DNA of 64,000 nucleotides from a virus, in the IMG/VR virus record IMGVR_UViG_3300031976_000907, positions 7,351-71,350 of that record; one strand, written 5' to 3'. Positions within the stretch are counted from its first letter, which is position 1. Each line of letters opens with the position of its first letter. The position numbers and the translations under genes are program-made. This document shows positions 1 to 6,434 of the stretch, in pieces. The notes beneath the pieces were generated by a model. It was not told where the DNA came from and searched no databases. It was given only the letters and a program-made list of their open reading frames with translations.

Positions 1-51
1 TGCTATGGTTTTACTCTTACTGGCATAATTCCACACCTTTCTGCGATGAAG

Positions 52-81
52 GACGTCAAAAGACGTCAAGTCGGACGTCAA
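52..81 (+). repeat. Three direct GACGTCAA repeats; candidate integrase arm-type binding sites (att arm)
   Basis: GACGTCAA at 52-59, 62-69 and 74-81, immediately upstream of the integrase RBS (GGAG 83-86). Confidence 0.7.
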
Positions 82-91
82 TGGAGTGGTT

Positions 92-1072
92 ATGGCGACA
101 TTTAGAAAAAGAGGATTACGTTGGTTTGCTGAGGTGAAGCTTAATGGTGTGCGTAGGGGTAAAACCTTTGACACTAAAGCTCAAGCAAAGAACTGGGCTG
201 CTGCCGAGGAAACTCGGATTAACAGCTTAGGGGCTGGTGTAAGCCAAACACATACACTGGGTGATGTGATGGAGCGTTACTTAAGTGAAGTGTCTCCGAC
301 AAAGCGAGGAGCTAAGTGGGAGAGTAATAGAATTATTGCTTACCTTCGCCATGAGATCTCTACAGTAAAGTTAATGGATCTGAAGCGAGAGCACTTTGAA
401 GATTTAATCGAAGAACGTCTCAAGTCTGTTAAGCCAAGTACAGTTAACCGTGATCTGAATCTCATCAGTAACTGTCTGACGTATGCACGTCGTTGGAGGT
501 TAATGGATCACAATCCATTTGATGACTTGAAGCGTCCAACCGATCCTAAGCACCGTGAGCGTCTTATCTCTGTTGAAGAAATCGAAGAGATATTAATTAG
601 CTTGGGTTACGTAGAAGGGGTTAAGCCAACTCTAAAACAGCATTATGCAGGATATGCATTTTTGTTTGCGATAGAGACAGCGATGCGTTTAGGTGAATTA
701 ACTGGCTTACGTCCTGAAGATGTCAATCTTACAAAGCGTGTAGCGCACTTACCATTAACTAAGAACGGCTCGGCTCGCTCCGTTCCACTCAGCTCCCGTG
801 CCGTTCAGCTATTAACTATGTTAAAGCCGTGGGAGCATGAGACTATCTTTCAGATGTCTTCAGAACAATGTGGTGCGTTGTTTCGTAAGGGGTTAGTGAG
901 AACCAGGATAGAAGATTTAACGTTTCACGATACTCGCCATGAAGCGATTACTCGTTTAGCACGTAAGGTAGAAGTATTAGATTTGGCTCGAATAGTGGGC
1001 CATAAAGACATCAAGATGTTGATGCGGTATTACAACCGAACAGCTGAGGATATTGCTGCTCAGTTGGATTAA
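92..1072 (+). CDS. int: Tyrosine recombinase/integrase (HP1/P2/Rci-like family)
   Basis: Catalytic residues R (TAMRLGEL), K (TKNG), HxxR (FHDTRH), H (VGHKD), Y (MRYYN); N-terminal arm-binding-like MATFRKRG..W; ATG 92 follows GGAG. Confidence 0.95.
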   Translation: MATFRKRGLRWFAEVKLNGVRRGKTFDTKAQAKNWAAAEETRINSLGAGVSQTHTLGDVMERYLSEVSPTKRGAKWESNRIIAYLRHEISTVKLMDLKREHFEDLIEERLKSVKPSTVNRDLNLISNCLTYARRWRLMDHNPFDDLKRPTDPKHRERLISVEEIEEILISLGYVEGVKPTLKQHYAGYAFLFAIETAMRLGELTGLRPEDVNLTKRVAHLPLTKNGSARSVPLSSRAVQLLTMLKPWEHETIFQMSSEQCGALFRKGLVRTRIEDLTFHDTRHEAITRLARKVEVLDLARIVGHKDIKMLMRYYNRTAEDIAAQLD

Positions 1073-1329
1073 TGTTTTACAGCCCACTTAATAACGTCCT
1101 GAGCACGCCACAGAGCGTTGCTACGCTGTCCTCTACCGTTTGGTAGGCGTATGGCTTGGGGAAAGCTTTCTTGCTTGCTAGTGTGGTCTCTGAACGTTGT
1201 AGGTGATTGGCGTAAGTAAAGTGCGCAATCCTTACCGTTCCAAAGAGTTGTTTCATCTGGATGGCTCACCGCCAACCGCTGCGCTATGGCGTTCGCCAAT
1301 AGATCATAATCAATTGATAAATCAGTCAT
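1069..1329 (-). CDS. Excisionase / AlpA-like recombination directionality factor
   Basis: Small winged-HTH with FPQAIRL...LWRAQDVIKW signature; convergent with int, stop codons share TTAA 1069-1072; ATG 1329 with GGAG RBS. Confidence 0.75.
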   Translation of the reverse strand: MTDLSIDYDLLANAIAQRLAVSHPDETTLWNGKDCALYLRQSPTTFRDHTSKQESFPQAIRLPNGRGQRSNALWRAQDVIKWAVKH

Positions 1330-1370
1330 TGTGTTCTCCAAAGGTAGTGCCTCTGTGCGAGGCACAAGCC

Positions 1371-1553
1371 TTAGTGAGTAGTTGAAGTTTCGTCTTCCAT
1401 TTGGGAGACATCAACGTACCAAGAGGTGCCAATTTTTTGAGCATTTGGTAACAGTCCGTTGTTTGCCCACCGTCTTACTGTTGCCGGTGAGGGCGGAGTC
1501 ACAAAATACTCTTTTCGCCACTCTTCAAGTGCCATCAGTTTAGGGTGATTCAT
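1371..1553 (-). CDS. Lambda Xis-like excisionase/HTH protein
   Basis: LEEW...PSPATVRRWANNG.L...KIG.SW resembles lambda Xis (LQEW...SLETVRRW...KDG). Confidence 0.7.
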   Translation of the reverse strand: MNHPKLMALEEWRKEYFVTPPSPATVRRWANNGLLPNAQKIGTSWYVDVSQMEDETSTTH

Positions 1554-1564
1554 GATTATTCAGC

Positions 1565-1906
1565 TTATTTTAGTAAGCTGCCTTTGTTAGTGGTTTTAGT
1601 CTCTTTAGACCAATGAACACCAATCATGTTGCCAAGCAGTTTGGTAAACCAAGATGGTGCTTTATTTTGTGTAACCTCACCTTTGAATACGGTTTCAGTT
1701 TCCGTAATAGGTGCAGGTAAAGGAGGTGGTGTACGTACAGCAGTGCCACGAACATATTTTTCGTTAAAACACTTTTTGTAAATTGCAGAGCGAGTGCGGT
1801 TAAACACTTTTTCTAGCTCATAGATTGATACGCCAGCGGCGTACATATCTTTAAGCAGTTTTAATTCTTTGCGTGACCAAGCACGACGTTTGATTTGTGT
1901 AGTCAT
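1565..1906 (-). CDS. HTH (Myb/GcrA-like N-terminus) protein
   Basis: RRAWSRKELKLLKDMYAAGVSIYELEKVFNRTRSAI pattern. Confidence 0.55.
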   Translation of the reverse strand: MTTQIKRRAWSRKELKLLKDMYAAGVSIYELEKVFNRTRSAIYKKCFNEKYVRGTAVRTPPPLPAPITETETVFKGEVTQNKAPSWFTKLLGNMIGVHWSKETKTTNKGSLLK

Positions 1907-1929
1907 AGTTTCTCCAAGAGTAAATATCC

Positions 1930-1950
1930 AAAAACCACCGGATGGTGGTT
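1930..1950 (-). terminator. Rho-independent terminator
   Basis: AACCACC/GGTGGTT stem with U-tract on the minus strand. Confidence 0.55.
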
Positions 1951-2095
1951 ATTTATAATGTTTACTTTGTAATTTATTTAGGGTGTTATAATCCTACTTT
2001 AGCGCTCATTTTAAACCTTCATCACCCTTCTCTCGCCATAATGTGCAGTAATCTGCTCACTAGCTTTGTTTTTTAGAGCTAATGAGCAGATATAG

Positions 2096-2734
2096 TTACA
2101 TCAACAGATCAGTAATGATGGCTTTTACTTGCTTAGCAATTTCGATGTGCTCAGCCTGTGTACCATTACCTTCACGTACATCAATGTAGTGAAGCCATGA
2201 ACGCAGTGTGCCTGCCATATACATGCGTGAGCGCGTATTGCCTTCAGGCAGTACAGCGCGAGCTTGTTCTTTAGCAATGCCATTTTGAAGTGCCCACTGG
2301 TACGCTGTTTCAGCGGCAGTAATGACACTGTCTTGACGGCGATCCCAAGCGTTTTGTAGATCCTGGTCTTTAACTGCAATTGAGTTCTGACGGTTCTTTT
2401 GATCCTGTAGGCGAGCTTCACGTAGATCAAAGCCTAGCTTTTCTGTAATGGGATCAGCGTAGCGTTGTGAGAACTCTTGGAAACTAAAGCTGCGATGGCG
2501 CAGTATCTGACGAGCGATGTCACGAGTTGTATTGATCTCCATAGTAAGAGAGACCATTTCAAACGGTGACCAGTGCTTTTCACGCATGAGATAGTTAAAC
2601 AACTTCTCAGCTGTATCAGTGTTGTCTTGGTTCTTTGGGTTTGAGACACGTGCGCAAAAAACCACCAACTCTTTAAGAGTGGTGGCTTCTGGGATACACG
2701 GCTCACTTTTACAAACAAGTGAAACAGTGTTCAT
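2096..2734 (-). CDS. thyX: Flavin-dependent thymidylate synthase
   Basis: ThyX motif RHRSFSFQEFSQRY, plus HWSPFE and AREQAR-like KEQARAVLP. Confidence 0.95.
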   Translation of the reverse strand: MNTVSLVCKSEPCIPEATTLKELVVFCARVSNPKNQDNTDTAEKLFNYLMREKHWSPFEMVSLTMEINTTRDIARQILRHRSFSFQEFSQRYADPITEKLGFDLREARLQDQKNRQNSIAVKDQDLQNAWDRRQDSVITAAETAYQWALQNGIAKEQARAVLPEGNTRSRMYMAGTLRSWLHYIDVREGNGTQAEHIEIAKQVKAIITDLLM

Positions 2735-2745
2735 TAAAGTTCCTT

Positions 2746-3903
2746 TTAAATTTGGCTTATATTGACTGTGTGGCGTTCGACTTCACCGTACTCGATGTGA
2801 ACCACGAGGGCTTTGGTGTCTTGTCCCGCTCTCCATCCACCGCTGTAGGCATAATTGTCTTTGGCGGCAAGGGTTCGAAAGCTCTCCACGGTACATCCCC
2901 CGTACTCTTTGCGAGAGTCGTGGTGAATGTGTCCCGTTAACCAATAACGATTGGCACAATCTCCCCAGTCAGTTGCTCTATCGGTAGCCATGACGAGAGG
3001 GAGTTTGTCAGCTTTGGCTTGGTGCCCGTGATGCACTCCAAAGAAATTATTTCCAAATCGGAAATATTGGAACGCGTCGTTTTTACAATGAATAACGACT
3101 CGAGGTTCGTTTTCGTACATGTGTTTCAGTGCAACCATTAAGAACATTGATGAAACATCATCGTGATTACCAATAGCGGTAATAACTTCGACGTGTTCAT
3201 GGTGTTCAAGTGCTGACTTAATCATGCGACGCATAATCTTTACACCTACATCGACCATGCTGAGATAGTCTTTGTCAGTATCAAGATGATGCCCGTTGCG
3301 GCTAGTAACGCCTGCTACGTTGTCGTAGTGGAAGTAGTCACCTAAGTTACAAATGACTGCACGTTTACAGCTAGGAGTGGTTTTAACAATGCGATCAAAC
3401 GCATTGAGAAAGACTTTTTCTGCAATCTCCAAGTCCCAATCGGTGCCTGAGATTTCTTTAAGCGCTGACATACCAATGTGTGGATCACCTAGTGGGTAGA
3501 TCGCCATTAGATTGTGATCAGCATAACCTGTGTAGGCTGAAGGCTCTAGCTGAGGCAACTCAGCAACGAGCGCTTCAGACATGTCACTCATAAGACGCGC
3601 TTGAGCTTCTTTAGCAACATCCGTTTTAACCCACTGACTTTTGACGTTACCGTCTTCGTCGTAAAGGGTAGAGACGCCTTTAACAATGTGAGATTTAGGT
3701 GCTGTGTGCGTCATGTCGTGCTCAGGTGCATAGCCCTGAATAGCTGCACGATCTTTCATGCGTTTTACAGCTTTACGAATATTTCGTTCTGATACACCTA
3801 ATGCTGTAGCAGCCGCTTTTTGCGTCTGATGTTCAACAAGGGCATCCAATACTTCGTGTTGTCGAATAGTTTCGGCGTACTCACGGTACTGTTCGTAGTT
3901 CAT
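2746..3903 (-). CDS. Calcineurin-like metallophosphoesterase with N-terminal HTH
   Basis: GDPH, LGDYFH, GNHD, HHGH and GHIHH motifs; N-terminal QKAAATALGVSERNIRK HTH. Confidence 0.8.
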   Translation of the reverse strand: MNYEQYREYAETIRQHEVLDALVEHQTQKAAATALGVSERNIRKAVKRMKDRAAIQGYAPEHDMTHTAPKSHIVKGVSTLYDEDGNVKSQWVKTDVAKEAQARLMSDMSEALVAELPQLEPSAYTGYADHNLMAIYPLGDPHIGMSALKEISGTDWDLEIAEKVFLNAFDRIVKTTPSCKRAVICNLGDYFHYDNVAGVTSRNGHHLDTDKDYLSMVDVGVKIMRRMIKSALEHHEHVEVITAIGNHDDVSSMFLMVALKHMYENEPRVVIHCKNDAFQYFRFGNNFFGVHHGHQAKADKLPLVMATDRATDWGDCANRYWLTGHIHHDSRKEYGGCTVESFRTLAAKDNYAYSGGWRAGQDTKALVVHIEYGEVERHTVNISQI

Positions 3904-3947
3904 GCTGACTCCAAGTTAATTGGTGTCGGCTTTGGTTCTTCTCAGGT

Positions 3948-4364
3948 TTATGCGCACTTATTAGCAGGTTTGCACATAGGGATCTCTTCAAGGAGAGCCG
4001 CTTGTGCTTTGAGCGCTTTGTTTTCAGTTTTAAGGTTTGCAATCTCTTCTTGCAGGATTTCAGTAATCACTGCCTGGTTAAGAGATTGCTGAGTTACTGG
4101 ACGTTGAAAGTTCTCAGGGATCGCTTCTAGATCTTCTAGAAGACGGTTGAGATACACGTTATCGTCGTCAGTTCCTTCAAGCAGGGAGGTGATGCGTTCA
4201 AGATAGATGCGAGTTACTTCAAACACTTCAATGGCGTTCTCAAAAGAACGTAAGACTTCTGGAGAGTAGTCTGAACCAATGTCAGTGTGTGAGCGGTAGA
4301 TCTCGCCATCAAGTTCTTCACCTAGTAGCTGAAGTTTGAGACGGATATCAGTTAGTGTGTCCAT
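3948..4364 (-). CDS. Hypothetical protein with C-terminal coiled coil
   Basis: ORF in the minus-strand operon; likely start MDTLTD at 4364. Confidence 0.6.
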   Translation of the reverse strand: MDTLTDIRLKLQLLGEELDGEIYRSHTDIGSDYSPEVLRSFENAIEVFEVTRIYLERITSLLEGTDDDNVYLNRLLEDLEAIPENFQRPVTQQSLNQAVITEILQEEIANLKTENKALKAQAALLEEIPMCKPANKCA

Positions 4365-4848
4365 GATTAAATTCCGCTTTACGTTCGATGTACTCGTCAA
4401 TGGGAACCAAGACAAACCGAGGTTGTTGACGGTACGTTATTAAAAGTTTTTCATCTTGCGTGGCATCTTCTGTGATCTCTCTGCCAAGCTCGCTGGTTGA
4501 GACTTCACGAATGTTCAGTCCAAGGCGAGGTACAGAGCGAATGTTGTGCTCACGCATTTTGAGATAAACAATGCAGGTACTAAGACCCAGCACGTTTGCA
4601 ATTTCTTCTGCGCTGTAACAGTTCTCCCAGAGAACGGTAATGTCGCTGATTAATTTGCTATTTCTCATTTCTGATCCTGATGGAAAGCCCCAACGTGCCC
4701 TACGACACCAGATTGTGTCTTTGGTTACGCCAAAGTGGTGGGCAATTTTAGAGTCCGACCAGCCTTGCTTGATCATGCTAAGCACGTCGTCACGGTCGGT
4801 ATCGAAAGGGGGTTTGTATAAAACCTTGTTCGGGCTTGTACGGGACAT
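4348..4848 (-). CDS. Tandem-HTH protein with C-terminal Phd/YefM-like domain
   Basis: Two HTHs (SDSKIAHHFGVTKDTI; SAEEIANVLGLSTCIV) then EVSTSEL...LLITYRQQPRFVLVPIDEY. Confidence 0.6.
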   Translation of the reverse strand: MSRTSPNKVLYKPPFDTDRDDVLSMIKQGWSDSKIAHHFGVTKDTIWCRRARWGFPSGSEMRNSKLISDITVLWENCYSAEEIANVLGLSTCIVYLKMREHNIRSVPRLGLNIREVSTSELGREITEDATQDEKLLITYRQQPRFVLVPIDEYIERKAEFNHGHTN

Positions 4849-4863
4849 TCAGATTCCTGCGTA

Positions 4864-5163
4864 TTAGTGATTGCTAAGTTGTTCTAGCATCAGCTCGTAC
4901 GCAAGAAGGAATCGTTCCTCGTCGCTTTCAGACATCAGTTTAGTAAGGGATTCGCTGTAGAGTTGGGTAACTGGATCCAGCAGTACACATTCAAATTCTG
5001 TGTAACTGGAATCCGCCTCTCTCCATGAAAACGATTGCTGCGTTGCGTAGTGCACAACAGCGACAATACATTTTCGCGCTTTAACAGTTCCTTCAAACGT
5101 GTCTCGATACTCACTGAGTAGATTGACAGGCTTACAAGGTTGTTGGTTCATCATGGTTGTCAT
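4864..5163 (-). CDS. Hypothetical protein
   Basis: 99-aa ORF packed in the operon. Confidence 0.55.
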   Translation of the reverse strand: MTTMMNQQPCKPVNLLSEYRDTFEGTVKARKCIVAVVHYATQQSFSWREADSSYTEFECVLLDPVTQLYSESLTKLMSESDEERFLLAYELMLEQLSNH

Positions 5164-5171
5164 ACTTCACC

Positions 5172-5372
5172 TCATTTACGGTGATATTTGTGGTAATCCT
5201 CACTGCAGTCAGCGTCACAAAAGATCTTCTGACTTGCGTGATCAAAGCGTTCGTCACACCAGTGACAATCGCCCTTTGGATTTAGTTCGCGTTGTTTGTT
5301 TCTAATTGCATTGATGCGTTGATCCAGAATGGCTTGTTCAATTGCATCAGTTGCGTCTAATAGATCACCCAT
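5172..5372 (-). CDS. TraR/DksA-like C4 zinc-finger protein
   Basis: N-terminal DLLDAT (DxxDxA-like) helix plus CHWC...CDADC. Confidence 0.65.
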   Translation of the reverse strand: MGDLLDATDAIEQAILDQRINAIRNKQRELNPKGDCHWCDERFDHASQKIFCDADCSEDYHKYHRK

Positions 5373-5665
5373 TACGGTTCCTCATGTTCCAGTTCTAGAA
5401 TGAATGCTAAACAGCACATAGCGTGTGATAGGTGAGGGAGGTTCGTTTCGGGATCTAGTAGCTCACCGGAACGGTAAGCATTTATGTGTCTTAGTGCAGC
5501 GGCTATGTAACGCTCTGAGGCGCTTTCTACGAGCCGCCAGTTGTTAGGGGCATACTTTGTTGCCCCAAAGGTTAAAACCTCTGCTAGAAGCTTCTCAGCC
5601 ACAGGAGGGATTAAATCAAAGCGTGGTTTCTGTTGATCGTGCTTTACGCCTACAGAATTGACCAT
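5372..5665 (-). CDS. dATP/dGTP diphosphohydrolase domain protein (DUF5664-like)
   Basis: GVKHDQQKPRFDLIPP...VLTFGATKYAPNNW...AALRH...DPETNLPHLSHA signature. Confidence 0.85.
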   Translation of the reverse strand: MVNSVGVKHDQQKPRFDLIPPVAEKLLAEVLTFGATKYAPNNWRLVESASERYIAAALRHINAYRSGELLDPETNLPHLSHAMCCLAFILELEHEEP

Positions 5666-5847
5666 TGTTTCACTCCTGATAGTGGAGTTCCGTCTTCAGC
5701 ACGCTTATAAGCGGGATCTGAGTTATAAGAACGTACATAATCAGGGCGAACAGCTTTTACTTCATCGCCATTTTGTAGACGTACGAGTAGTAACACTCCA
5801 GGGGAAGGGAAGTTACTTACGTCATGCCATAATCTTTCAACTGCCAT
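5650..5847 (-). CDS. Hypothetical protein
   Basis: 65-aa ORF coupled to neighbours. Confidence 0.5.
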   Translation of the reverse strand: MAVERLWHDVSNFPSPGVLLLVRLQNGDEVKAVRPDYVRSYNSDPAYKRAEDGTPLSGVKQWSIL

Positions 5848-5856
5848 AATGGTTCC

Positions 5857-6333
5857 TTAGATCTGAATAAAGTTGCCAGCTTCATCACGTTTATAATCAA
5901 AAGCGCGATTATCTTTAAACAGCTTAAATAAATCTTTTTCGTTCCAGTCGGTATTATCTGGAACAGCGAGCCAACCTAAACTAATAATTTGTTTTTGGTT
6001 TTGCTCATTAAATAATCGTTCGTGATGTACATTTAAAACATCAACGAGTTCATCGTTGTAATAAGGCTCTTTTGTCTGAATAACTTCAGACTTTATATAT
6101 TCTTGCCCATGCACGTCCTTACCAAATACTGCTATAAAAACTGACCAGTGATATTGGAATTTAGTGAAGGCGTTAAATAACACTTCATCAAATAATATCT
6201 GCTTGTTGGTTTTTAAATTTACAGGTACAGGACTTTCACCTAGAACGTAGAGCATGCCTTTGTTTTTAAGGACTGCTTTGGAAGTGCGGCGGGCAGAATT
6301 ATATGGGTTATACTTCTTAGTACGTTTCTTCAT
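5857..6333 (-). CDS. Hypothetical phage protein (AT-rich)
   Basis: MKKRTKKYNP start; ORF fills the gap after the DNA polymerase terminator. Confidence 0.6.
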   Translation of the reverse strand: MKKRTKKYNPYNSARRTSKAVLKNKGMLYVLGESPVPVNLKTNKQILFDEVLFNAFTKFQYHWSVFIAVFGKDVHGQEYIKSEVIQTKEPYYNDELVDVLNVHHERLFNEQNQKQIISLGWLAVPDNTDWNEKDLFKLFKDNRAFDYKRDEAGNFIQI

Positions 6334-6402
6334 ATAAAACCTTTTGCAAACCATAACTAAAATAAAATAAATTGCAATTTGTTTATGTTTTCTGCAACTA
6401 AT

Positions 6403-6426
6403 AAAAAAGCCCCTAAGAAGGGGCTT
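6403..6426 (-). terminator. Rho-independent terminator after DNA polymerase
   Basis: AAGCCCCT/AGGGGCTT stem plus U-tract. Confidence 0.75.
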
Positions 6427-6434
6427 AATTATTA

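Noticed and set aside
92-1072. Recombinase as a shufflon (Rci-type) invertase for tail fibres
   Set aside because: No inverted cassettes or repeated crossover sites seen in the fibre region; adjacent Xis-like genes and arm-like repeats favour integration
5372-5665. 2-aminoadenine (Z) or other modified-base genome
   Set aside because: No PurZ or other base-modification pathway in the window; DUF5664-like and MazG-like genes are common on their own
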